A stretch of DNA of 64,000 bases. Origin: Obrimoposthia wandeli (lineage: Eukaryota). The position numbers were made by a program, and so were the translations under genes. The stretch covers positions 310,001 to 374,000 of the forward strand of contig CDROCS010000991.1 of NCBI GenBank assembly GCA_977020255.1, given 5' to 3'. Numbering within the stretch: the stretch's first letter is position 1; each line of letters begins with the position of its first letter. A model generated the notes under the pieces. The model was given only the letters and a program-made list of their open reading frames with translations, was not told where the DNA came from and made no database searches. Shown piece by piece: positions 25,050 to 36,830 of the stretch.

Positions 25050-26050
25050 CGGATACGGTATTACACTATCCTTAAGTATCTCAACTTGGAACTGTGCTCC
25101 ATAGCACATGACGATTGTTTCCAATTTACCCATGATGGACAATCCATCGAAATAGGTGACATTCAGCTTAGATATCGGTGTTTTCGCATAATTCACTAAA
25201 TTGACTCGTATCTCGGTCGATGATGGCCATCGATTTTTTAATAAAATTATAATTTCGTCGTTTATCGATGTAATCACACTTGGCGCGGATGATACTATTT
25301 CAGCGTGATATTTTGGTTGGATTGAGTTTGTCGCTTGTTCTCTGATCATATTGATTCTTTGTGGTTTATATTTAGCTTCCCACTTTCGGTATCCGCTGTT
25401 AATGCGTAACTCTGCCGTTGCTTTAATGATTTTATTGTTTGTTACTTCCGGTTGGGTTGGCGAATGAAATCCTTCTATTACGCTCAACCTTACAGATACT
25501 TCCGTTTGATCTGTTTTTAATTGGTGAGATACCGGTATATTACATACAATGGTCTTTCCGTCAAAATATTTGGTGACCATCTGGCAGATTATCTTTTTAG
25601 TGTCGGCGTCGATTAGATGAACTCTCATTATGTCTTTTTTCCCATGTGAATTACGTAATACCATTATCACATCATGGTATTCTTGTTTGAATCTTTTTAG
25701 TGTACCATGAAGTATATGACCACCGGCCGGTTCTTTTTCTTCCTGACTGGCTAGTCCAGCTTCTGCCATAGTTCTGCCATGCAACTATGTTTGGTGTCAA
25801 TGTGATTTCTATTATCACTTTCTCAGTCGTAAACACGTTGGAGTTTTGATGCACTTCTGCGACTAGTGTATTTCCATCGAAGTATGACACTCTAAGTTCG
25901 CACAGAAATTCGTTTGTTAGTGCATCTTTCACGATGACTTCTTTCGCCACATCTGTTGGTTGTGTTCTTTCGAAAACGACTATGATCTCTTCGTATTATT
26001 CTAATATCTCTTGTGGTGCGATGCGTCGGATTACTTATTTTTCCTCTTGG
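25050..26050 (-). pseudogene. Three repeats of a beta-rich domain of about 75-100 aa with a YFDG motif
   Basis: YFDG at 25873-25884, 25557-25568 and 25143-25154, each preceded by (E/D)(I/V)I(V/M/I)(V/L) and a hydrophobic strand. Confidence 0.65.
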
Positions 26051-26178
26051 TGCTTCATTCTGAGCATACTAATTCTCGCTGGTTTTTCATCGCTACCACT
26101 TGTCATCGTATTTATGTAGTTCTAATCACTTACTATTCGTGTAAGTTTAATCGTATTGGTATTCGGCTTCAATTTTTG

Positions 26179-27260
26179 TTATCTTAGCTCATATAGTGAC
26201 GCATTATCTTTATTCGGTACCAGTTTACATCGATTTGCATGTACAATCATTGGTTCCTTGTTCCGGTTCTCCTCGTTGATTACTTTCAAGTTCGTTGAGG
26301 TTGTCTGTATCACCTTGTATGGTCCTTTGTATGGTCTATGAAGTTTAAACGATAGACCTGGTTCGATGACTGGGTAAAATATCATCACTTGATCTCCGAC
26401 TCTAAATTCATGTGGTTTTGCCTTTTTGTCATATTGTTCCTTGTAACCTTCTTGATTGAATTTCAACTTCAATCCTGCTTGAGTCCAAGCATCTTGTAAT
26501 CTTTCTTTCATAACGACAATGTATTGTTCAGTTTCTAGGTACTGAGATGTTGGTTCGGTCCACTCCAGATCCATTGGCATATTGTTATGTCTGAGATACA
26601 TCAGATAGAATGGTGTGTGACCCGTCGTCTCTCGAACTGAATTCATGTAAGCATATAAACATGAAGGTAAATACTTATCCCAATCCTCTTGCTTATCGGA
26701 GCAATAGGATTGTACCATCATACGTAAAGTTTTATTAAACCTCTCTACTAGACCATCGGTTTGTGGGTGGTATGGTGAAGTTTGTAACTTCATGATTCCG
26801 AATATCTTCGATACTGCTTTTATTACTTCGTCAGTGAAGTTCTTACCTTGATCTGTTAATAATTTTCTAGACATTCCGTATCGAAATATTATCTCTTCCA
26901 CTAAGATCTGCGCTATTGTTTCAGCCTTCTGGTTTTGCATGGGGTATGCTTCTACCCATCTCGTCATGTAGTACTATGACGTACTTGTTTCCTTTACTCG
27001 ATTCTCTTAATGGTCCCAATATATCTATCGCTGTGAATTCCATTGGTGCCAAAGGAACTGGCATTGGTTTCAGTGGAACTTTAGTACGAGTTCCAGTGTC
27101 TTTTCTGGTTAAACATACTTTACATTGTTTACACCATTGTTTTATGTCATCTTCCATACCATCCCAATGGTGCTTCTCTTTGATTCTGGCTATTGTCTTT
27201 CGTCCTGACAGATGTCCTCCCAGTGTTCCATCGTGGTACTGGATCATAACGGCTGTTTTC
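26179..27260 (-). pseudogene. Integrase (HHCC, DDE core, GPY/F C-terminus), one frameshift near 26970
   Basis: HDGTLGGH...CKQCKVC; AIDILGP; TDQGKNF; HPQTDGLVERFN; GPYKVIQ. Confidence 0.95.
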
Positions 27261-27499
27261 AATGACTTCGGAATTACTACTACTATCTTTCCTACATTGT
27301 TGACAATATACAGGATTCCTTCTTTTATCGAGTATTTTTTCGTCATTTCATCGTTTAGATGTCCTTTCACTAACAGTTCTTTGATTAGACTCAGTTCTTC
27401 ATCTTCTTTCTGTTCCTTGATGATCTCTTTGTCTATTTTACCCGTCTTCAGCAAAATCATTAGTAGATTTGCTTCTCCTTTTTGGTCGTTGACTTCATC

Positions 27500-29062
27500 T
27501 TGACCTTCTTCTGGAATTATGTTTCCTTTCTCGTCTACATTTATCAATCTCGACAAACAATCTGCGTTGCCATTCGACTTTCCGGTTCTATAACGGATTT
27601 CTAGATCAAATTCGGCCAATTTAAGAAACCATCTGTTTAATCTACTCATATCGTCTCTATGTTTATACAAGAACTGTAGTGGTTTGTGATCTGTATACAG
27701 GAATACTTTTTGTCCTAGCAAGTAGTGTCTGTATTGTCTACATGAATATACTATGGCTAGACATTCCTTTTCAATAACAGAGTATCCTCTTTCGGCTCTG
27801 TTTAACCCTCTACTCGCATGCGCGATGACGTGTTCTCTTACCTCGTCATCCTCTTGTCCCAATACTGCTCCCACAGCATAGTTACTTGCATCCATCATCA
27901 GTATGAATTGTCGGTTTATATCTGGAAACGCTAATATTGGTGCTTTTATCAGTCTTTCCTTTAAATGCTCGAACGCTTGTTGTGCTTTTTTTCCCCATAT
28001 GAACTTCTCATCTTTCCTCGTCAACTTTCTCAATGGTGTTGCTATATCTGAAAAATGTTCAACAAATCGTCTATAATAGTTCGCAAGACCTAAAAAACTC
28101 TGTATTTCCTTAACAGTCTTTGGCGCTAAATGTGCTTTTACTTTCTCGATCTTTGCTGGATCAGGTCGGATGCCTTCTTTTGATACTATATGTCCTAAAA
28201 ATGTTACTCGCTCTTTAGCCCATTCGCATTTTGTAGGTTTAACTTTTAATTTAGCGTTTTCCACTCTTTTAAATACAACTTCAAGATTTTTTAAATGTTC
28301 TTCGAACGTTTTAGAAAATATTATTATGTCATCGATATAAATCATCGTGTTTGCACACGATGCGAGTACAAAATTCATGCAACGCTGAAATGTTGCTGGC
28401 GCTCCTGTCAGTCCGAATGGTATTTTTTCGCATTCGTATAGTCCATCTCCGCAGGAAAAGGCTGTTTTGTGTTTATCCTCTTCCTCTATCTCGATTTGCC
28501 AGTATCCACTCTGCAAATCCAATGTCGTAAAATAATCTGAATTACCTAATTTATCAAGCATCTCTTCAATTGTAGGTAATGGATACACATCTTTTCTTGT
28601 GATCTTGTTCAGTTCTCTGAAATCTATACAGAATCTCATTTTTCCATCCTTCTTTTTTACTAACACCACAGGTGCTGAAAATGGTGAAAAACTCTGTCTA
28701 ATTACTCCTGTTCTAGACATATCTTCAATCTGACTTTTGACTTCATCTTGTAACTGTAATGGTATTCGATATGGTTTTCTTCTGACTACTTTGTCTTCTG
28801 TCAGCGGTATTGTGTGTTTTATGACAGGTGTTTCTCCTATGTCATACGGATTTTTTGCAATTACCTTTGGAAATTTATGTATTAGATCGAGTAATTGTTT
28901 CTTTTCTCTGGTTGTCAGTCTTTCTGATTGAATTACTATTTCTTCGTAATCATTCGTATCTTTATCGAGTTTCATAGCACACACAGTAGGATTCTCCATC
29001 TGTGCTATCTTTCCCAACCTCATTCCTTTGTATAACAGGATGTCATTGTTGGTTGTATTCAT
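27500..29062 (-). CDS. Reverse transcriptase and RNase H (uninterrupted within ORF 26921-29062)
   Basis: RFCIDFRELN, LDLQSGYWQI, PFGLTGAPATFQ, YIDDIIIF; DASNYAVGAVL, EKECLAIV, YTDHKPL, NADCLSR. Confidence 0.97.
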
Positions 29063-29324
29063 CAGTCTAACTGGTATTTGTGGTTTTCAATCCGACATAC
29101 TGTACTCACAATTGGTAATTCGTATTTCTCTATGAAATCCCGTGATGGTTCGAACACAACTGGTCCTATATCTTCTGATAATGTGTGACCTTGAATAAGA
29201 AATTGCGATCTTTTACCGATTTTTATAGGATTTTCTATAATTACATCAATTTGGTTTATTTGTCTGTTTGATGTATTATTTTTCAATCTCGGATCATGTA
29301 AATCAATACTTATCCCTTTGAGTT

Positions 29325-29590
29325 GTGATAGTACATCCATTCCTAATATTGTAGGTTCAGGACATTATCTCATGATTCTAACTGGTATAGTGATCGTATT
29401 ATGTCCAATTATAAATGTACATGGTAATATTCCCGTCACTTTTACAGGGTCTCCATTGACCGATACCAAGAATTCATCTGGTTCTGCCATTGTTTGTTTC
29501 TGTTCCTCTGTCAAACAATCTTCACTTACTATCGAAGCTACAGCACCTGTATCAATTAAATTTCCCATATGGTATATCGTATTTATCGAA
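29325..29590 (-). pseudogene. Aspartic protease 2 (retropepsin)
   Basis: LIDTGAVASIVS (DTG 29545-29553)...VSVNG...R*CPEPTILGMDVL; in-frame stop at 29365-29367. Confidence 0.9.
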
Positions 29591-29649
29591 TTATTACATT
29601 TTGTCGATCCACTTCCTTTGTTTGGATAGTGAAATCTAATATTTCTCAC

Positions 29650-30700
29650 TTGTCGATCTATTATCTTACTACAAATTGGAAATGTTACCATTTCCTTCGC
29701 ACATCTCCGGCATGTTCTAACATGTCCACATGGCAAAAAAGCAACTTCTACTTTGTTGACCATACAAACTGCGCATTCCGGATCTTCTAGTATGTATTCT
29801 AGTTCATTTATGTACTCTTTCTCTTTTGTTTCAATTGTACTGTCATCTTTATCTCGCAATAATTCAAAAATTGATCCGTATCCATTTCGCGTAGTTTTTA
29901 TTTTTAATTCCACCAAATCTCTGATTCTTTCTGCTTCTTTTGGATATAGTCTTCTCACGAATGACACTACCGGTGTGTCTTGTTGAGCCAAAATCTCTTT
30001 CAGTGTGATTTGGTATTCGACTATACATTCAGTTTTCTGTTCTTTTTGCTTTATTTTGTTTTTAAACATACAAAACTCGCAAAATTCATGATGTAAAGTT
30101 TTCTTAGGTAACTCAAGAATATATCTGTCAATAATTCGTTCTTTTTTACACTTGTGGCATTTAATTACGTCTTTAACATCCTTTTTATAGCAAAAAGTCC
30201 CTTTTTTGCCAATTTTTTAAGTCTTGGATCTTCAAAAGTTACTTCTCGATATTGTTCGTCACATTCGTTTACTTCTCACATTACTTAGAATATGTCTTCA
30301 ATTCGACTATTTGTTATCACCTGCCTATTATTTGAGCTGTTTCTCCTTCTGGAATCTCATCACTGTTGTCGAAATCGGGTGCTTTCCCCGTTTGAATTTC
30401 TGGTTCGTTTGCAGTTCTTAATTTCAGGAGGAAAGGACATGTTGGTGCTTCTCTTTTATGATGTTTCGTTGGGTTATCATTGTTTTCTCAATTTCTAAAC
30501 TTTACTCTACAATATACGCATCGTACTACTTTCTCAGAACCAGAATCTTTTGTCGTGTCTCCGTTTAACATTTGTAAACCCGTTCTCGCCATTTTGCGTG
30601 ACATTTCCTTTGAATAGTACGGTTCTAGTGACCTTCGTCTATTCCTCTCGATTCTAAAAGGATCTGTTTCTCCTATACTCTCATATGTCACTTTCTTCCT
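29650..30700 (-). pseudogene. IAP-like cassette: BIR, variant CCHC, UBA, RING
   Basis: CVYC-x16-H-x6-C (30437-30520, TGA where Trp is expected); CHKC-x18-H-x3-C (30079-30159); IRDLVELKIKTTRNGYGSIFELL (IAP UBA-like); CAVCMVNKVEVAFLPCGHVRTCRRC..FPIC (IAP-type RING, one Cys->Phe). Confidence 0.85.
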
Positions 30701-30889
30701 CCCCATAGCTTGTGGTCCGTTGTCTACTCCTTTGTAGTGAAGTATCGACTTTACTAACACTTACTGTTTCCTGTTACGGTACGGATTTCCCATACGGAAC
30801 CTAGTGTATTTTTCCTTTTCAACTGTAGGTCCTCTCAACATTTTTATCTCTCTCACGGAACTGTTGTTATTTGAACTGTTGTTGTTTGG

Positions 30890-31200
30890 TAATATTATTA
30901 TTCCTTCAAACATCCGTATCACGTCCATCCCAATCATGACTGGATTACCACAATCTGTGAATATTCTAGCATTTAACTGCAATCCTCTTCCATCGATAGT
31001 TAACTTACATTTCAGTGTTCCTTCTGATACTACATCTGTACCATTTACATTAACAAATGTTTGTTTTCTAGGACATACTTATCCTAATTCTTTTGATGAC
31101 AAGATTTCTTTACTCAGTACTGATACTGCAGATCCAGTATCAACTTTGGCAAGATATTCTCTTCCGTTCAGTGTTACTGCTACTTGTGGTGGAACATTCG
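30890..31200 (-). pseudogene. Aspartic protease 1 (retropepsin), in frame with the env C-terminus
   Basis: VTLNGREYLAKVDTGSAVSVLS (DTG 31133-31141)...G*VCPRKQTFVNVNG...VMIGMDVI; single in-frame TAA at 31079-31081. Confidence 0.9.
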
Positions 31201-31539
31201 GATTCTCATTGGATATCCTAGACTTCAGAATTCTTCTGGAATTATCTTTTTTGTCTTTTTCCTCTGCTTGTGGAATCTCACTGTAGTTCACTCTAGGCCA
31301 TCTTATCATTAAAATGCCTCTCTTGAACTTTTCCTTCTCTTCCTTTAGTTCCTTCATTGGATATAGGTTTAGTGACACGTTTTCCTTGTCTGGTAACGGA
31401 ATCTTTGGTTTTCCTGTATTTTGTATCTTCGCATATTCTCCTGGACTATCGTTATCATCGTCGTTGTTGTCTCGGTAGTTTCTTGGTTTTCGTACCATGG
31501 TTCTCGTTTGATGTTGCTCCTTCTTGAGGGCTCGCAACT

Positions 31540-33370
31540 CGTTCTCGTGATGATGGTGCATTAGATATTTCGCTAAAAATGGGAAACATCCAATTATAAG
31601 CTGCCAGGTGATTCCGGTTATCCTGTATAAACTATACGTAGACAACACCTGGGCTATAATTACCTGCACAAATTTAATTATAACATAAATACCTATGACA
31701 CCTGAAAATAATTGTCCTAAAACAAGGAATTTCGCCCACATCTTTCTAAGTGTCTGATGTGCTGCTTCCTTGAAGTGACTTGGCGACAATAACATATCAA
31801 AATTCGCATATCTAGCTCCTGACGGTAATGCACGATGTACCATATCCGTAAGTACTCTGGCCCTTCTTACTGGAAACATTATTTCGTTCCAGGCCGCTTT
31901 TAAGTCTTTCTCATTGTACAAACCTGCATTTTCCATATTCTTTACCGCTTCGAATTTCATTTTTTCTTTAAGAGTCGTTATTTTTTTTCATCTTTGGAGT
32001 TGTTGTTTGCTTCCGGTCAGGTAGAGTTATCCATAGATTATTCGTCATCTGATATTCAGGTGCCATTATATTAGAGCAGCTGATTTCTTTAGTTGGAGTT
32101 TCTTTTGGAAGTATCATTCTCGTGATTGGTTCAACAAAAAGCGCTTTTAAATTATACGTTATTGCCAATTCACTCGTACATCGGTCTCTTTTTCTCAACT
32201 GTACTACTACTTTATTACACTTGTAAGTATACAATACTTCTCCCATGGTTTTAGCAAATACTCCTTCATCTAAGGGTAATAATGGTGCTACCATGTCTGG
32301 ATTTGTGACAGCTAGTGCTAGCTTGGTTCTTATTATCTCTTTATTTAATTGACAATCTCTCTCAACCATCATTTGGTATAACTCTTCCGTTTGTATCAAT
32401 CCTTTATGATAGTAAAAATCGATCTTATTGTTAAAATAGGTGTGTAGTTGAATTTCTTTCGGATTTATCTTGTTTCTCGCCATTGCGATTAATTCTTTCG
32501 ATAGAACTATTCCAGGATAGTTTGTGGTACTAATAGACGTCCCACATCGCACCTTATCATCTTTTTTAATAAATATCAATCCTTCTTCTGTTGATGTTGC
32601 CATTAACAGTGTAGGTGTCGGCGTCGTAGGAATTGGTCCTGTTGTGTTATGAAATCCTTCTCCCCCTTTATTATACAGGAACCCTTTTATTTTATTAAAT
32701 TTAATCTCTTTCAAAAATACTAAAGAGCATTGTTTTGGATCCGCGTGATACACAATTGTGGATTCACCTGTAAAACAAGATGCATATGTCATTTTACATT
32801 CCGGATACTTCATCATTCGTTGTGTCTTTTTATCAAAATTGGCGGTCCATGTTTTTAATTCGATTTTGTAAGTTACGTCCATTACTAACTCTGTTACTAT
32901 GGTTCCACGCATGTTTTTTGTTCCTCCGTCACAAGATCCATCAGGCCATCGCCTCTCGTGACTGTTTCGTATCGTCTCACCCCAATTTTTACATCAGGTT
33001 TGTAATTCTTATCTATTTCTATTTTTCCTATTCGAAATGCGTCTTCGCAATCTCTCGGAAAGACCTTGTGTGGTTTGTACGGTGTGGTAGGTGTGATTTC
33101 CGACATGAAACTTCTATGACCACAATAAAATTCGTAATAACTTGAATGAACTGAACATTCCTTCACTTGTACCTGTATTTTATCAACGTCCTGATACACG
33201 AAATAGTTTTCAACACCTTTAATTTCTAATTTTGATGGCTGTGATTCTGGGCAGTCTTCCCTGTCAAGCAGTGAATACTTTTGTCCCATCTGTGGTACGC
33301 TACAGTGTATGCTACTAACGCTGATGCCTGTTGCATTCCCATAAACATTACTAACATCATCATCATCATC
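31540..33370 (-). pseudogene. Envelope glycoprotein, chuvirus-G-like class III fusion protein; three frameshifts
   Basis: Signal peptide then LVAY(D)CS; YCGH; DGSCDGG; CNKVVVQLR..RC.SEL.ITY; FVEPITRMI; SCS...P; GLYNEKDL...IMFP; WAKFLVLGQLFSGVIGIYVIIK TM region. Pattern matches chuvirus-type glycoproteins known from TE-captured env genes. Confidence 0.8.
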
Positions 33371-33499
33371 ATCATCATCATCGTTGTGGACATATTTGGT
33401 TGATTGTTTCTTTCTTTCGGACGGTATTGTTTATTTTCTCTTTGACGATTCTCATGACATTGTTCCTCATCGTCTTCATTCATTTCCACAATGGTTTTA

Positions 33500-33780
33500 G
33501 CGTAGTCGCTTAATTTTGCCCAACCTCCGTTTTCGTCAATTCGTCGCTACAATACGTTCTCGATCAGATACATCGCTTCATTTATTCCTTGTTTGACTTC
33601 GTGAGGTTGGCTCGTTCTTTCCGTCAATTGGAAACATAGATATGTAATCGCTGTGATGAGCTTTTTATTTATAGTCTGGTTTCCACATAATCTCGCTAAA
33701 ACTTCGCCATCGTAAAATCTGTCTATTGATACATGTATCCTTGATTCGCAGTCATTCCCTTCACTGCAGACATTAGTGAT
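33500..33780 (-). pseudogene. Bcl-2-like domain (BH1-like and BH2-like segments)
   Basis: Hidden frame, same as the env signal peptide: NQTINKKLITAITYLCFQL...IENVL*RRIDENGGWAKLSDY. NGGW at 33520-33531; BH1-like Asn to BH2 Trp spacing is similar to Bcl-2. Confidence 0.45.
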
Positions 33781-34037
33781 CTAACGGCTCTAGTCAAATT
33801 GTCTGTTATATCGGTTGTTTCATCTTTGTACATTTTGAACAACTTCAGCTTTACTGGCCTGAGAATTCCCGTAAGTATATCTTTACTACTTGGAGCTTCC
33901 GAATTCATATCACCTCTGATATATTCATTTCGCTCTGCACTATACTGCTCTAATGACGCTGCTAACTGCCCAATGCTTTGATGTCTCTCCTCATCAGTTT
34001 GAGGTGCAGTTAGAACATTTCGTAATATACTTCCGTC

Positions 34038-34064
34038 TTTTCTAGGTCTTCCAGGTCCTCTTCG
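34038..34064 (-). other. AT-hook-like motif RRGPGRPRK
   Basis: Within ORF 33723-34712. Confidence 0.5.
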
Positions 34065-34559
34065 AAAATACTGATATTCAGTTTGATTTTCACCTGGATC
34101 ATACGGTTCATCATTATACCGTACCTCTTGACTTGATCCTGCTACATGACCAATCTCCTCGTTTTGTCGCATCGTCTGCTCTACTTGTCTATCTCTGTAT
34201 GCGGCATGCCAAATTGGTGAATCTAAATCTACAATCTCGGAGATTTCGTCTTCTCCAACTAGTTTGGTTACGTTTTCGTTTTGTCTCACTTGGTTAGCTA
34301 CATCCGTGACTTCATCTTGACCGGTTTGAATTATCTCTTGCTCTGGTGGTACTTCAACTACCAGATTCGTCAACTCATTTTTTGGTTCCACGCCCTGTGG
34401 TTCAGCTACGTTCGGTTCAAGTGTGGACGTCTTGTTCCAAGCTTCAGCTACATCATTATTTCCGCTTTCGCTTGAACTGTCTAAAATTTCTATTGGCGTT
34501 GTTATCATATCTAACGCAGAATTCAATATCTCAGCCAGTCCTTCATTATCTACTAACTC

Positions 34560-34790
34560 CTGACGTCCTACAGTGATGACATCAATATTTTCCTCTAATT
34601 CGTTTCCTATCGGATATCCGCACTCGACTGGTACGTCTTCATCATCTAGTGATCTTCCTTTATAATGGAACAACATATTCATTCCATCTATTTCAAGTTT
34701 CTCGGCCAACATTTTTCGAATACTTTCATTGTTTGGTATACGTTCAGTTTTTCATGCATAATCTGTCCGGAAATTAATCGAAGTGAAATT
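34560..34790 (-). pseudogene. Ubiquitin/SUMO-like domain
   Basis: SINFRTDYA*KTERIPNNESIRKMLAEKLEIDGMNMLFHYKGRSLDDEDVPVECGY...ENIDV; pattern resembles the Ubl/SUMO F.GxxLxDxD.P..DV motif. Confidence 0.45.
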
Positions 34791-36830
34791 TGCATCGTTC
34801 TTTTTTGATTTGATCTCTGTACGTAACGACCATATCCTTTCAATAATCCTCGTGATACATCTTTGTAAATCAAGTTATCATGACTATGTTTAACCAATTC
34901 TGCTCGCACTTCTTCCAATCTGTGCACTTTAATTGTTTGCAATTTGGCCAAAACTTCTGGAGCTTCACTCGTTTCATCTAACGGTTGATTCAACGTCTTC
35001 TTAGCTTCACTAATTATCTTTTTCACATTTTCCATACTCGTAGCATTTCTTGCTGCTTCTATGTGCTCAGTCATAGGTTGTGCGTTACACGTTTTCTCTA
35101 TTGGTGTCTCGTGTGCTTCTAGTATTCGGTTCATTAAATCATTCATATCTTTTCTCGAGTGCAGATTTTTTCCTTGTTTCGACAACGTAGATGAATTCGC
35201 CATCTTTGTATGCGGTGAATCTTTAATTATTCCCAACATTCGTTCAAATTTACTATCACTATCTTCAAAATCTATTTCGCGTCGAAGTTCGGTCTCGCGA
35301 TTCCTATCGCTGTCTTCGTTTACGTAACTAAAATTTCCTTTCGGTTTCGGCGAACTCTCACGACTATTTGTCTTGTCAACATTATTATTATTATATCTTC
35401 CGGAATTATTATATCTCTCAGCTCCTTGCTGTCCTACGTAATTATTGTATCTCTCAGCTCCTTGCTGTCTGTCTGCATAATTATTGTATCTGCCTGGTGA
35501 CTGTTGTCTATCCGTATACTGATTATTCGGTCTCCATTGCGGCGGAGTATACCCACCACCTCTATTCCATGGCGGGGGTGAATTATATCCTCTATAATTA
35601 TTTCCGAAATTAATATTTCCAAATCTGTTAGTTCTGAATTCTTTACTTCTCGTACAATCTCTCGAGTAGTGACCCATTTGTTTACACGTATAACACATTA
35701 TTCTCCCTCGAATATCTATCTTATTATATTCATCTTCGAACTGTACTCGACGACTATTCTGTCTATTGTCATAGCGTCCTCTAAAATCATTTCTCCGGAA
35801 ATTCGATTCAAAACCGCTTCCTCGATTATTGAATCTTCCGTCATTACTTCCTGCATTATTTCCAAATCGAGAGTCATTTCGCTCTCCTCTGTTTGCGTTA
35901 TAATTCCTATCGTCTCCTCTCCACGGTTGGCGATTTCTTGAATTATCTCTAGTAAATCTATTTCTGGAATCATCTCTATTTCGGTTCCACGAATCATTAC
36001 TACTTCTACCTCTTGAATCGTCTCGATTCCTGTTCCAAGGCTCGCTATTATTTCTACCTCTCGAATCATCTCTATTTCTACTTCGGAAATTATCTATATT
36101 TCCGTTACTGGATTCATCTCCTTTTTCGAACTTATTTTGTCCATAATTTCGATTCTGAAAATTACTCGGTTCTGTCTTATTCACAAATACCTTTGTCTTA
36201 TCGTCATCACCTGCGGCCATTGCATAAATTGCCAATGCTGCGTTATTTTTTATATTTTTCTCAATTTCTCTCGCCTTTCGCACGGCGTTATCAAAATCAT
36301 TTGTATCCGATACTGCCAATAACACTTTAATGTCTTTTTTCTGTCCTCCTCTGAATATATCTAACAAAACTTCTGCCATTTCATTTTGGTTCCGTTCATC
36401 TTCCACTGATTGTGCTTCTGGAGCTACAGGGTCACCTACCTGATTTCTCACTATTCTTCTTGAGTGCGCTCGTGCGGCCAAGGTTCTCAAAACATACGCA
36501 TATTCATTCACGCTTTCGTCATGTTTCTGTTTCCGTTCTCTCATGATTCGCTTATTCACTTTTGCTAAGTCTCCCAATACCAATTTTCCAATAAAAGCAC
36601 TTTCCAACGTTTACCAATTTAAACGTTCTGCTTCTGTCAAATGTTTATACACTTCAAGTGCTAATCCGGTCAAATGTGCCTGTACACGAACACATTTTTC
36701 TCTATCGTTCCATCCTTGAACATCTGCACAACTCGAATATTCTGCGAGGAAGTCACAAATACTTTCCTCATCTCCTTTAAACTTTGTAATCTGCAATGAT
36801 CCCGAAAAGTTGGGTCTCAAAGTCGCATTC
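34790..36830 (-). pseudogene. Gag (capsid-like, RD/N-rich low-complexity region, CCHC zinc knuckle)
   Basis: KFKGDEESICDFL..Y...GWND...LTGLALEVY; KQKHDESVNEYAYVL; CYTCKQMGHYSRDC at 35654-35695; in-frame TAA at 36611-36613. Confidence 0.9.

Noticed and set aside
30488-30490. Selenocysteine or alternative-code reading of in-frame TGA
   Set aside because: TAA and TAG stops interrupt the same polyprotein equally often, and host exons read in the standard code; decay is the simpler explanation.
33350-33382. (CAT)n run as a non-coding microsatellite
   Set aside because: It encodes the poly-Met hydrophobic core of the env signal sequence on the minus strand.
22836-36330. Plus-strand ORFs opposite the polyprotein (e.g. 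22836-23237, 24505-24951, 26916-27503, 30804-31286, 35061-35327)
   Set aside because: Ser/Phe/Leu-rich shadow frames expected from an A-rich coding strand; no motifs.
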